Position numbers and translations under genes: made by a program
Assembly (NCBI GenBank): GCA_041750285.1
Contig: JBGSZS010000007.1
Location: 160,001-224,000 of the forward strand
Length of the DNA: 64,000 nucleotides
Direction: 5' to 3'
DNA from: Candidatus Fermentibacteraceae bacterium
GTDB taxonomy: Bacteria; Fermentibacterota; Fermentibacteria; Fermentibacterales; JCC-6
The notes under the pieces: model-generated
Told to the model about the DNA's origin: nothing
Databases searched by the model: none
Seen by the model: only the letters and a program-made list of their open reading frames with translations
Part shown: piece after piece, positions 1 through 11,330 of the stretch
Numbering within the stretch: position 1 is the first letter of the stretch
Layout of the letters: the number at the start of each line of letters is the position of its first letter

Positions 1-1
1 G

Positions 2-1141
2 ATTCCCTCCGGGCTTGGCAGGGCAGACTTTCTGGGAACGGTGCGCGGCGACAGCATGAGCGGAGCTTTCATTCAGTCAGGCTACACCGGTTCCTTCGCT
101 CTTCTGAGAACATCGCGTGACATTCCCCGGAGCGTGTCCACGGGCGAGGAAGTGATTATTCCGGGGGATGGCTGCGAACTGGCCGGAACACTCGACCTGC
201 CACAGGGAGAACCCCCTTTCCCGTGCGTTTTCCTGCTCACTGGCAGCGGTCAGCAGGACAGGGATGAGTACGTGATGGGATTCCCGGTCTTTGCCGTTCT
301 GAGCGGACACCTTACCGGTGCCGGACTTGCGGTCCTCCGGTGCGATGACAGGGGAGTTGGCGGGTCAACCGGTGGAATGGAAGCCTTCAACGACTCGGTG
401 CTGCTCTACGAGGCAAACCTGATGCTGGACTTCCTTCGACAGGATGGGCGGATAGATCCGTCACGCATCGGTGTGCTTGGACACAGCGAGGGTTCCAGCA
501 CCGCTTTCGCCCTGGCGGCCGGTCGTCCGTCCGATATCGCCTTCGTGGTGAGCATGGCCGGCCCCGCTCTCGACGGGTACAGGACCATCCTTGCCCAGCA
601 GGAGGCCATACTGCGGAGTCAGGGGTTCCCCGAGGAGGAGATCGTCCGCAGGCAGGCCATTCAGACCGAGATCATGGACGCGGTTCTTTCGGGGGCGGAC
701 AGGACCGAGCTCGAAGCGATACTGGACCGGCAGTTCCGGTCGGAGTTCAACGGGCTCACCGAAGAAGAGCTTGCGATGATGGGCGACGTGGAAGGGCAGA
801 TCCGCATGATGGTGGATCAGGCCCTTGCTCAGGTGACATCGGAGTGGTTCAAAAGCTTCCTGGTAAACGATCCTGCGGTCAGCATCAGGTCAGTCGCATG
901 CCCCGTCCTGGTCCTCAGCGGAGGGAAGGACATACAGGTTCCCGGGGATCTCAACCTGCCTTTTATGGAACGCGCCCTCGAGGACAACCCCGACCACGAG
1001 ATAGTGGTATTCGCCGATGCCAACCACCTGTTCCAGAACTCGGTGACCGGAGCGGTGGAGGAGTACGCCACCCTCGAACCCGAATTCATTGATGGTTTTC
1101 CCGAAGCAGTGACTGGCTGGATCAGTGAGAGGGTGTTTTAG
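2..1141 (+). CDS. Alpha/beta-fold hydrolase (5' end outside window)
   Basis: GSGQQDRDE, LRCDDRGVGGS, nucleophile GHSEG, D(KDIQV) and H(NHLF) triad; frame is open from base 2. Confidence 0.85.
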   Translation: MPSGLGRADFLGTVRGDSMSGAFIQSGYTGSFALLRTSRDIPRSVSTGEEVIIPGDGCELAGTLDLPQGEPPFPCVFLLTGSGQQDRDEYVMGFPVFAVLSGHLTGAGLAVLRCDDRGVGGSTGGMEAFNDSVLLYEANLMLDFLRQDGRIDPSRIGVLGHSEGSSTAFALAAGRPSDIAFVVSMAGPALDGYRTILAQQEAILRSQGFPEEEIVRRQAIQTEIMDAVLSGADRTELEAILDRQFRSEFNGLTEEELAMMGDVEGQIRMMVDQALAQVTSEWFKSFLVNDPAVSIRSVACPVLVLSGGKDIQVPGDLNLPFMERALEDNPDHEIVVFADANHLFQNSVTGAVEEYATLEPEFIDGFPEAVTGWISERVF

Positions 1142-2098
1142 AACATCCGACCAAGAAAGGTGTACCAATCCCGCGAGCCGGTAAGGAGCACGCCGGCCTG
1201 GTCGAGCAGTTCGGGGTCACTGTTTTCGAGATAGAGCCCGCATAGTCTTCCAACCTGGCTCTCTCTGAGAGTGACAGGCAGGGCATCGTACTCCGCCTGG
1301 CTTCCGTGCGCCAGTGCGTAGAATGCCAATGCGAGGGCGTTCCACCCCTCGGATCGTTCAGGGCATGGACTCAACTGCCTCCCTGACCCCGGCTGCCTCG
1401 TCCGAACAGTCCACCGAGTCCAGGAGCGTGGCGAGTTCCCCAAGTGCCGCAACGTATTCGTCGCGGGTTATGGAAAGACCATCAGGGTAACCATTCAGCG
1501 CCACCTGATGGAGGGGTTCGCCGCTCAGGTTGAAACCCGCGTCGTAAATGTCCTCGAGCCATTCCATCGCATCTTCCGGGGACATTCCGGCGTTTGTCCG
1601 CGCTCTCACACCCGACACGCCGGATACGAGAAGGACCACGCACATCTCCCTGCCCAGAGGATTGGACCCCGGGTAGAAGACCGACCATGCCTCTTCCAGA
1701 ACACCATCGTGGTCATCGTTCCTATAGAGTTGAACCATCCGTTGCAGCGCCTCGCCGTAATAGTCGTGATAAGTCCCGCTGATGAGCCCGAGTTCGAAAT
1801 CTTCGCCGACACTGTACTCGGCCGTGTAATAGTTGGCGGTGAACGGGTACTGTGAGTAGACCGTGAGAATGCCCGAGTCGGGGTCGTACGTGGCCGAAGA
1901 CTTGGCGATGTTGAACATTCCAGGGAACTCGGCGTATCCGGAGATGAGTTCGGAGCCTTTTGAAAGGGCAATCGATGTTACGGTGGTGAATTCCAGTACG
2001 ACCAGGTCAACGGGTCCCTCCTCCGGAGGGAAGCCTTCGACCGGAAGCATCACCGAGTAGTCAACAACCATGAGCATGCAGAGAAGAAGGATCATCAT
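1138..2098 (-). CDS. Hypothetical exported protein split by a +1 frameshift at 1358-1363 (frame 0 = 1358-2098; continuation to 1138)
   Basis: ATG at 2098 overlaps the patatin stop; hydrophobic N-terminus; after ATG CCC TGA the +1 frame reads PERSEGWNALALAFY...RMF* to 1138. Confidence 0.6.
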
Positions 2099-2964
2099 TT
2101 CGTCCTTTCCCCGGTTCGAAGTGCCAGAAGCCTGTCTCGAAGCTCCCTGGCCGCCCTCTCCGCCTGGGCGTAGATTTCGGGGGCCTTGTGGAACTCCAGA
2201 AGGTCGACATTGGATATGTCCGGTTCGATGTAGATCGAAGGAGGGCATTTCGTGAGCTTTTCAGCGATGATGGTGCGCTGCATTATGTCGAATGTCTCCA
2301 GAACGGCGCGCAAGGCAGTGGGAGACTTCTGACCCTCCTTCTTCTCAAGCCGTCCCATCACGTTCACCGCTATCACCAGGTCGCAGTCATCGAGGATGTC
2401 GTGCGGAACGGGGTTGACGCATCCGCCGTCGATGAGGGTAATGCCGTCCATGTGAACCGGGGAGAAGACCCCGGGCAGACCCATGCTGGCTTTGATTGCC
2501 TTCAGAAGGTCGCCCTCCTTGAAAACCACCTGTGCGGAGTTCCAGAAATCCGTGGCGACCACCCTCAGGGGGATCTCGAGCTTTCCGAATGTTTTCGTCA
2601 GTATCTGGCGGTAAAGGAATTCGACGAAGGCATCACCCTTGAAAAGGGCGTTGCCGAGAAAGTCGATGTCCAGAAGCCTGATCCAGGCCAGGGCGTCCTT
2701 CCTTGCCAGTATCTCCCTTAGGGTGTCTCCGTCCTTTATCAGCATGCGGTCGGTTCCCTCGCGGATGGCCAGGCCCGTCACACCTGAAGCGTAGATTGCT
2801 CCCATTACGGCCCCTATGCTGGTGCCTGCGATGCAGTGGGGCCTTATCCCCAGTTCGTCCAGCACCTGCAGCATGGGGATGTGGGCAAGCCCCCTGGCTC
2901 CGCCGCCACCGAGCGCCAGCCCGATCTTCAGATCAGGGTGCTCCTTCCGCCCCACCTGAGCCAT
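2095..2964 (-). CDS. Patatin-like phospholipase (RssA/NTE family)
   Basis: LALGGGGARG, GTSIG (GxSxG) and DGG motifs. Confidence 0.9.
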   Translation of the reverse strand: MAQVGRKEHPDLKIGLALGGGGARGLAHIPMLQVLDELGIRPHCIAGTSIGAVMGAIYASGVTGLAIREGTDRMLIKDGDTLREILARKDALAWIRLLDIDFLGNALFKGDAFVEFLYRQILTKTFGKLEIPLRVVATDFWNSAQVVFKEGDLLKAIKASMGLPGVFSPVHMDGITLIDGGCVNPVPHDILDDCDLVIAVNVMGRLEKKEGQKSPTALRAVLETFDIMQRTIIAEKLTKCPPSIYIEPDISNVDLLEFHKAPEIYAQAERAARELRDRLLALRTGERTK

Positions 2965-3943
2965 CCTCCGCGTCAGTCCTGAAGCGGTCGAGCTGTTCCT
3001 GAAGGTAGGAGTTGCCCGGGTCGAGCTCAAGAGCCCTCGAGCCCCATTGCACGGCCTCATCTTTCCGGTCGAGACGGTAAAGGACCTCCGCAACGGTGTC
3101 CATGATGTTCGCGTCATCAGGTTCTGAGGCGCTTGCCTCGAGCGCCAGGGCCAGGGCCCGCTCCAGATCGAGACCGGCCATGGCCATCGACCATGCCATG
3201 GAGTTCTGCATCCATGCCTCGTCGTAGTCCTGCGTTGACATCCTGGAGAGGACCGCCAGGGCGCGTTCCCCTTCGTAAATCAAAAGCATGTTCAGCGGTT
3301 CCCACCAGCGGAAGTAGAGCCTTCGGAGTTCCGTAACCGCCTCGGGGTTGTCGGAGACCTGGATGTCGACCAGAAGGTCGGTTGCGCCCTGGTGCCCCCC
3401 GTTTTCCCTCACCACGAGGATCGCGGCGGACTGCCTGCCGCGGCTGTCCCCCCCCGCATCCTCCCCCGCCTTCAGGGCCTCGAGAAGCCTGTATGCCAGG
3501 ATCTCGCCCTCGGTGGCAAGGTATGTCCGTTCCATTGCTTCCACGACTTCGGGACCGGTGAGGATGTTTCCCTGGATCGCGTAGCCCTGACCTGTAACTC
3601 CGCCGGCCCAGAACATTGTTTCGGTGCCGGTGAACGACGCCGAGTTGCCCCGGGAATCGACAACACCTATCTGGCGCTGGTCTGCAAGCGAGTCGGCCGA
3701 AGTCAGGGTCCGGATGACCTCTGAAGCCGACATCCCTTCGGAAAGAAGCCTGAGCCCCTCCGGACCATAGCCGAGGTTTGCCCAGGCCTGCGTGGCTATG
3801 GCACCTGCATTCGCCTTCGCCCACGGAACCATCTGGCCCACGAACGGAACCTTCGAGGCAACGGCAATTCCCCATTCACCGGTTTCAGGATCGTGGGCCA
3901 CGATGGAAAAGGTTGAAACAAGAGCAAGGAGCAATGCGATCAT
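2933..3943 (-). CDS. DUF1028 (Ntn-hydrolase-like) protein with C-terminal TPR
   Basis: TFSIVAHD..WGIAVASK, ATQA, GGDSRGRQSAA; TPR-like DTVAEVLYRL...ALELDPGN. Confidence 0.85.
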   Translation of the reverse strand: MIALLLALVSTFSIVAHDPETGEWGIAVASKVPFVGQMVPWAKANAGAIATQAWANLGYGPEGLRLLSEGMSASEVIRTLTSADSLADQRQIGVVDSRGNSASFTGTETMFWAGGVTGQGYAIQGNILTGPEVVEAMERTYLATEGEILAYRLLEALKAGEDAGGDSRGRQSAAILVVRENGGHQGATDLLVDIQVSDNPEAVTELRRLYFRWWEPLNMLLIYEGERALAVLSRMSTQDYDEAWMQNSMAWSMAMAGLDLERALALALEASASEPDDANIMDTVAEVLYRLDRKDEAVQWGSRALELDPGNSYLQEQLDRFRTDAEDGSGGAEGAP

Positions 3944-3953
3944 CCCGCACCTC

Positions 3954-4742
3954 TCAATCCAGCAGGAGGAGGCTTCCCGCCATCACCGCCATGCCTGCCA
4001 CAAGGCCGATTATGCAGAGGTGGTGCTCGCCGTGCTCCTCGGCGGTGGGAAGGAGCTCGTCGAGGCTTATGTAGACCATAATGCCCGCCACGCCCGACAA
4101 CATCCAGCCAAGCACTCCTTCCGTGAAAAGGGTTCGGAAGAAGAAAAAGCCGATCAGAGCACCCAGGGGTTCGGAAAGACCGGAAAGAAAGGACCAGCGG
4201 AACGCCTTCCGCCTGCTTCCGGTGGCGCAGTAGATCGGGGCGCTTATGGCGATCCCCTCGGGTACGTTGTGGATGGCAATGGCCACTGCTATGGCAACAC
4301 CCAGTCTGGGCTCCTGGAGGGCCACGGCAAAGGTTGCGAGGCCTTCGGGGAAGTTGTGGACAGCTATTGCGATCGCGCTGAACACCCCGAGCCTGTGGAG
4401 GTTTTTCCCGCAGATCGGGCTGTGCACCTCGTGCGGGTTTTCGAACTTGGGGACCATGAGGTCGATGATTGCCATGATCGCGATGCCCGCGAAGAATCCC
4501 GCAACCATCCTGAAGTCTGCGGCTCCGAGCGTGTTGCCCGCGGCCACGAAAGACTCGCGGGCCCCGGGAAGTATCTCCATGAAACTGACGTAGACCATGA
4601 CACCGGCACTGAAGCCAAGGGCGGTGGCAAGGAATCTTGCGCTGGTGTGTCTGGAAAGGAAGGAAATGAGGCTGCCGATTCCTGTGGCAAGACCGGCAAA
4701 GGTAACCATTCCGAAGGCGGGCCAGAAATTGGTCATGTCCAT
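3954..4742 (-). CDS. zupT: ZIP-family zinc transporter ZupT
   Basis: GFSAGVMVYVSF, HNFPEG and HNVPEG, ISLDELLP motifs. Confidence 0.9.
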   Translation of the reverse strand: MDMTNFWPAFGMVTFAGLATGIGSLISFLSRHTSARFLATALGFSAGVMVYVSFMEILPGARESFVAAGNTLGAADFRMVAGFFAGIAIMAIIDLMVPKFENPHEVHSPICGKNLHRLGVFSAIAIAVHNFPEGLATFAVALQEPRLGVAIAVAIAIHNVPEGIAISAPIYCATGSRRKAFRWSFLSGLSEPLGALIGFFFFRTLFTEGVLGWMLSGVAGIMVYISLDELLPTAEEHGEHHLCIIGLVAGMAVMAGSLLLLD

Positions 4743-4778
4743 GTGCTGCTCCCGGGTTGCTGAACACCCGAACATAAG

Positions 4779-4805
4779 AAAAACCCGGGGCCTTGGGCCC
4801 CGGGT
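4779..4805 (-). terminator. Intrinsic terminator of groESL
   Basis: 10-bp stem ACCCGGGGCC/GGCCCCGGGT followed by a T-run on the minus strand, ~20 nt after the groEL stop. Confidence 0.85.
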
Positions 4806-4824
4806 CTTCCAAACCCGGATGGGT

Positions 4825-6471
<1,647 letters not shown>

Positions 6472-6771
6472 TTACTTGTCGAGGACGGCCAGGATGTCTT
6501 CTTCCCGGACTATCACGAACTCTTCACCGTCGATCTTCACTTCGGTACCCGTGTACTTGCCGATGAGGATCCTGTCGTTCACCTTCACCACCGGCTCGAT
6601 GAAGTCGCCGGAATCGTTGCGCTTGCCCCTGCCGACGGCCTTGACCGTTCCCTCGAGGGGCTTCTCCTTCGCGGTGTCCGGAAGCACTATGCCACCCTTG
6701 ACCGTTTCGACCGGCTCTTCCCGAAGGACGAGAACCCTGTCGAAAAGAGGACGCACCTTCATGTCTGCCAT
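6472..6771 (-). CDS. groES: Co-chaperonin GroES
   Basis: [30 protein letters not shown]. Confidence 0.99.
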   Translation of the reverse strand: MADMKVRPLFDRVLVLREEPVETVKGGIVLPDTAKEKPLEGTVKAVGRGKRNDSGDFIEPVVKVNDRILIGKYTGTEVKIDGEEFVIVREEDILAVLDK

Positions 6772-6852
6772 CTTTCGTTCTCCTTTCGCGGAATGTGAGG
6801 ATTGTCCATAACCCGCGGAGCCAATGCTCCGCTTCGTTATGCAACCTTAATA

Positions 6853-6869
6853 AGCAATGATGATGCCAG
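6853..6869 (-). promoter_or_regulatory. Putative sigma54 -24/-12 promoter of groESL
   Basis: Minus strand CTGGCATCATCATTGCT matches TGGCA-N6-TTGC(A/T) with exact GG-N10-GC spacing. Confidence 0.65.
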
Positions 6870-7060
6870 TTGTTTTCGGAAACTCGCCCATCTGCATAAC
6901 CCATTGGATGACAATACTAAGACCTCATGGGCCGATTCGGCGTGTCGTCAGCGGGGGAAGGGGCTGCCTTCGCCCGTGTCACTTTGGCACGGAAATGGAT
7001 TCCGTGCGTTCTTGTATATTCGTCCGGCACTCGAAATCACAAACAGCCCGGAGGCTTTTC

Positions 7061-8566
7061 ATGAATGAACCCGTTCTGATAACCGATGCCGGAGCCGATC
7101 TGGAGGGAGTGGCCAGGGTTGCGGGAGGGGCGCCGCTTGAGCTCTCCCCTGCGGCCGTGCGTGCCATGGAGCACGGCCGAAGCGCCATAGAGACCCTGCT
7201 TGGATCCGGACGCGCGATCTACGGCGTGAATACGGGTTTTGGAAGGCTCGCAACCAAAGTGATCGAAGGCGATGCTCTTTCAGACCTTCAGCGAAACCTG
7301 CTGCTTAGCCACTCCTGCGGCACCGGTCCCCTGCTTTCCAGGGAACAGGTCAGGGTAATGGTTTTTCTCAGGGTGGCATCACTTGCCAGGGGAAGGAGCG
7401 GGATCAGGCCCTGCGTGGTCGAGAATCTGGTCAAACTGGCCAACGGCCCCGTCTTTCCTGCCGTTCCATCCCGTGGTTCCCTGGGAGCTTCAGGCGATCT
7501 CGCGCCCCTCTCCCACATGTGCCTTCCATTGATCGGCGAGGGTGAGTGCGTGACCGACACCGGTGAGGTCATAACCGGCGCCGAAGCCCTTGAGCTGCTG
7601 GGAATGAAGCCTGTGACCCTTGCCGCGAAAGAGGGGCTGTCGCTCATCAACGGAACCCAGTTCATGACCGCCCTGCTCTCCCTTGCGCTGATCGAAGCCC
7701 GTGCGCTGATGGACTCGGCAGACTCAGCCGCTGCCCTGACCCTTGAGGCGCTGCTTGGAACCGATGCCGCGCTTGAACACGAACTGCTTTCACTCCGGCC
7801 GCACCCGGGCGCCCTGGAGTCGGCCCGGAGAATCAGGCGGCTGCTCGCGGGCTCCGAGATCCTTAAAAGCCACAGGGACTGCGAGCGGGTTCAGGACGCC
7901 TATTCACTCAGGTGCACCCCCCAGGTGCACGGCGCGTGCCGCGACGCCCTGTCGTATGTCGAATCGGTGGTAAGGCTCGAACTCCTCTCGGTCACCGACA
8001 ACCCTCTTCTAATGGAAGACGGCAGGATGGTCAGCGGCGGCAATTTTCACGGTCAGCCCCTTTCAATGGCGGCTGATCACCTGAAAACTGTTGCCGCAGT
8101 TCTTGGCAACATCTCCGAAAGAAGGATCGAGAGGCTTTTGAACCCCGACCTTTCAGGTTTGCCCGCTTTTCTCGCGCATGAGCCCGGCATGAACTCTGGT
8201 CTGATGATCGCCCAGTACACCGCGGCGTCACTGGTGAGCGAGAACAAGATACTGGCCCATCCCTCCTGCGTTGACAGCATTCCCGTGAGCGGCAACCAGG
8301 AGGATCATGTATCCATGGGGGCCACGGCTGCACGTCACTGCGCGGAGATGGTCAGGAACTCTACCCACGTCATTGCAACCGAGCTGGTGTGCGGCGTCCA
8401 GGCTCACCGTTTCCTTGAAAGGGGGGCAATGGGTTCAGGCAACAGAGAGACCATGAGGCTTGTGGAAATGGTCTTTGAACCCATGGATTCCGACCGGCGT
8501 TTCGTGGCCGACATAGAGGCGGTTGCCGAACTCATCCGGCAGGGGTGTCTGGGTCAGGCTTCGTAA
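7061..8566 (+). CDS. hutH: Histidine ammonia-lyase
   Basis: YGVNTGFG, MIO motif GSLGASGDLAPL, QDAYSLRCTPQVHG, GGNFHG, QEDHVSMG. Confidence 0.93.
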   Translation: MNEPVLITDAGADLEGVARVAGGAPLELSPAAVRAMEHGRSAIETLLGSGRAIYGVNTGFGRLATKVIEGDALSDLQRNLLLSHSCGTGPLLSREQVRVMVFLRVASLARGRSGIRPCVVENLVKLANGPVFPAVPSRGSLGASGDLAPLSHMCLPLIGEGECVTDTGEVITGAEALELLGMKPVTLAAKEGLSLINGTQFMTALLSLALIEARALMDSADSAAALTLEALLGTDAALEHELLSLRPHPGALESARRIRRLLAGSEILKSHRDCERVQDAYSLRCTPQVHGACRDALSYVESVVRLELLSVTDNPLLMEDGRMVSGGNFHGQPLSMAADHLKTVAAVLGNISERRIERLLNPDLSGLPAFLAHEPGMNSGLMIAQYTAASLVSENKILAHPSCVDSIPVSGNQEDHVSMGATAARHCAEMVRNSTHVIATELVCGVQAHRFLERGAMGSGNRETMRLVEMVFEPMDSDRRFVADIEAVAELIRQGCLGQAS

Positions 8567-8982
8567 AGCCCGGAGTCCCGTGATGGCGATCCTCCGGCGG
8601 CTCCGCCCGGTTCATCGTCACCCCCGAGACCCATGGCCTCAAGTTCCTGTTCGATGCGTTCGGGGTCCTCTCCTGCTTCAAGACGGCCCAGGGCATGCTC
8701 AAGTTCGGGGCCAAGGTCTTCCCCCATCTGGTCTGCCATTTTACGGACGGCGCGGGCCATGGCTTTGGGATCGTTCTCATCAAGCCCCGCCAGTTCGCCT
8801 GCCATGTCGTCCATGTCATCCGTTCCGGATTTCGTGCCGGGTGTGCTGAAGCGGCTCATGACCCGTTCGAGTTCCCTGGCTCCGCACCTGGGGCAGACCG
8901 GGGTGGTCCCGGGCGTCGCCCTCCTTACCAGGAACTGGTAGATGGTGTTGCACGGCTTGCAGAAGTATTCGTAAATGGGCAT
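8554..8982 (-). CDS. FmdB-family zinc-ribbon protein
   Basis: MPIYEYFCKPC...CPRCG; acidic C-terminal region. Confidence 0.88.
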   Translation of the reverse strand: MPIYEYFCKPCNTIYQFLVRRATPGTTPVCPRCGARELERVMSRFSTPGTKSGTDDMDDMAGELAGLDENDPKAMARAVRKMADQMGEDLGPELEHALGRLEAGEDPERIEQELEAMGLGGDDEPGGAAGGSPSRDSGLYEA

Positions 8983-9851
8983 TGCAGGTCCTCCAGTCTC
9001 ATCGATGATACGAAAACTCCACTGCCCTCGGGAAGCCCCGTTGCCCTGGCCACCACCGGGCACTTCACGACGAAGGAGTGAAAGAGCCTCGGGTCACGGG
9101 CACCCCAGAGGCCTTCGAGGTTGCCCTGCCCCTTGGCAAGTACCAGGTCGCAGTTCGTGAACACCCGGGCTGCCTCGCGGGACAGCAGCTCCGGTACTAT
9201 CGAAGGCACATCGCTGCCGCTTTCCAGGATCCGTGAGAAGTGATGGAGACCGGCCATTTCGGCGTCCTCCCTTGTGGCATCGTTCATGACGGGAAGCGGC
9301 CTCACCATGTAGAACACTTGTCCGGTGAAGCCGGAATGCTCGAGGAACAGCCTGTCCACTACCGTCTCACCGGCGTTGTCCCCCAGTATGAGCAGCGTGG
9401 AAGCGGCCGACAGTGCGCGAAGGAACGCCCTCCTTTCGTCAACCGCCAGGGCGTTTTGAAACATCCCGGCCAGCGCCTCCGGATCCGGCAGGCTGCGTCC
9501 CTGAGCCGTGTCGAGCAGGTTGCACCATGTGGCTGCCGCAAGTGCGCCCATTGCGGGGGCCCGGGTTGCCTGCAGCCTCTCCCTCAGGTCGGGGAGGCTC
9601 GCGAGAAGGCTCATTGTGAAGAACCGCTTCTCATTCTCGAAGATGTCGGGGACGTCCGATGCCTCACGGAGCCTCCGCCAGGCCCCCGCTCCCGCAAGAG
9701 GAGGTGGAGTGCCCAGTTCAAGGGCATCGATGATCCCGGGCAGATAAAGGCCGAGGGATTCGCGGGGCAGTCCCGCCCGGGAGAGGAACCCCGTGAAGCC
9801 CCTTTCGAAGCACTTGCCGCAGATCCCGGGTTCGGGCTTAAGACCCGGCAA
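8925..9851 (-). CDS. ARMT1/DUF89 damage-control phosphatase
   Basis: N-terminal CxxC, DNAGE, NDAT, KGQGN, KCPVVA. Confidence 0.85.
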   Translation of the reverse strand: MPGLKPEPGICGKCFERGFTGFLSRAGLPRESLGLYLPGIIDALELGTPPPLAGAGAWRRLREASDVPDIFENEKRFFTMSLLASLPDLRERLQATRAPAMGALAAATWCNLLDTAQGRSLPDPEALAGMFQNALAVDERRAFLRALSAASTLLILGDNAGETVVDRLFLEHSGFTGQVFYMVRPLPVMNDATREDAEMAGLHHFSRILESGSDVPSIVPELLSREAARVFTNCDLVLAKGQGNLEGLWGARDPRLFHSFVVKCPVVARATGLPEGSGVFVSSMRLEDLQCPFTNTSASRATPSTSSW

Positions 9852-10428
9852 TACCCGATTCCTTAAGGAACATGCGGTGGACCCTGTCGTCTCGTGTCAG
9901 TTCCGGGTGAAAGCTCGCAAGCCATACGTTCCGCTGCCTTATGAAAACCGCACCCTCGGTCACCGAAGCAAGGACGGAAGCACCGGGAGCCAGGGGACAG
10001 AGAAGGGGAGCCCTTATGAAAACCCCCGGAAAAGGGGTTTCAAGACCAGTGATCAGAATATCCTGCCTGAAGCTCGCGACCTGTCTGCCGAAGCTGTTCC
10101 TCTCGGCACGGACATCGGCTGCGCCAAGGCTTTCCTGGTCAACAATGTGCTCACGCTCGGTGACTTCCCGGGACAGCAGAACCGCGCCGGCGCATGTCCC
10201 AAGTACGGGGAGACCCTTTCCGATGGCGTCACGCAGGGGTTCGAAAAGCTGCCATCTCTTTAGAAGAAGGATCATTGCCGTGGATTCACCACCCGGAATC
10301 ACCAGGGCGGAAACCCCAACCAGCCCTTTGGGTTCCCGTATCTCCACAACACGCTGCCCAAGGGAGGAGAGCATGGTGCAGTGCTCCGAAACACCACCCT
10401 GCAGGGCCAGAACACCCACTTCAGCCAT
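9838..10428 (-). CDS. pdxT: PLP synthase glutaminase subunit
   Basis: GVLALQG, PGGEST, GTCAG, RNSFGRQ, FIRAP, FHPE. Confidence 0.97.
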   Translation of the reverse strand: MAEVGVLALQGGVSEHCTMLSSLGQRVVEIREPKGLVGVSALVIPGGESTAMILLLKRWQLFEPLRDAIGKGLPVLGTCAGAVLLSREVTEREHIVDQESLGAADVRAERNSFGRQVASFRQDILITGLETPFPGVFIRAPLLCPLAPGASVLASVTEGAVFIRQRNVWLASFHPELTRDDRVHRMFLKESGIAGS

Positions 10429-11321
10429 TACCAGCCCCTGTGGGCCAGGCGATCCTCTTCGGAAAGGGTGCTGATGTTTATCCCGACCATGGCTTCCCCG
10501 AGTCCCCGGGAAACTTCGGCGATTATTCCGGGCTGGTCGAAACGGCTTACGGCCTCGACGATCGCACGGGCACGCTTCTCGGGATTTCCGCTCTTGAAGA
10601 TGCCGCTGCCGACGAATACGCCGTCCATGCCGAGCTGCATCATAAGGGCTGCGTCGGCGGGAGTCGCTATCCCGCCCGCTGCGAAGTTCACAACGGGAAG
10701 TCTGCCGTTCCGGTGGACGAACATGACCAGGTCGTAGGGGGCACCCATGTTCTTGGCTTCGGACATGAGCTCCTCCTCCCTCATGGCCCGGATGCGCCTT
10801 ATGTCTCCCAGAACCTGTCTGGCGTGCCGGACGGCCTCGACGACGTTGCCGGTGCCTGCCTCGCCCTTGGTGCGGATCATGGCGGCGCCCTCGCCTATGC
10901 GTCTGAGGGCTTCTCCCAGGTTCACTGCACCGCATACGAAGGGAACCTTGAAGGCATGCTTGTTCACATGGTGCTTCTCATCGGCGGGGGTGAGAACCTC
11001 TGATTCGTCGACGAAGTCGATCTCCAAAGCCTCGAGCACCTGGGCTTCCACGAAATGGCCGATCCGGCATTTGGCCATAACGGGAATGGTAACCGCCTTC
11101 TGTATGGCTGTGATCACGTCAGGGTCGGACATCCTTGCGACGCCGCCCTGAACCCTGATGTCGGCTGGAACCCTTTCTAGCGCCATCACCGCCACAGCGC
11201 CCGCTGCCTGGGCGATCTCCGCCTGCCGGGCAGTGACCACGTCCATGATCACTCCACCCTTGAGCATTTCGGCGTGTCCCGCCTTTACCTCCCAGCCACC
11301 TTCGTCTCGCGTGAAACTCAT
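10428..11321 (-). CDS. pdxS: PLP synthase lyase subunit
   Basis: [41 protein letters not shown]. Confidence 0.98.
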   Translation of the reverse strand: MSFTRDEGGWEVKAGHAEMLKGGVIMDVVTARQAEIAQAAGAVAVMALERVPADIRVQGGVARMSDPDVITAIQKAVTIPVMAKCRIGHFVEAQVLEALEIDFVDESEVLTPADEKHHVNKHAFKVPFVCGAVNLGEALRRIGEGAAMIRTKGEAGTGNVVEAVRHARQVLGDIRRIRAMREEELMSEAKNMGAPYDLVMFVHRNGRLPVVNFAAGGIATPADAALMMQLGMDGVFVGSGIFKSGNPEKRARAIVEAVSRFDQPGIIAEVSRGLGEAMVGINISTLSEEDRLAHRGW

Positions 11322-11330
11322 TTTGGTTCC

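Noticed and set aside
6984..7000. TTGGCACG sigma54-like -24 element before hutH
   Set aside because: The -12 position reads TGGA, not TTGC
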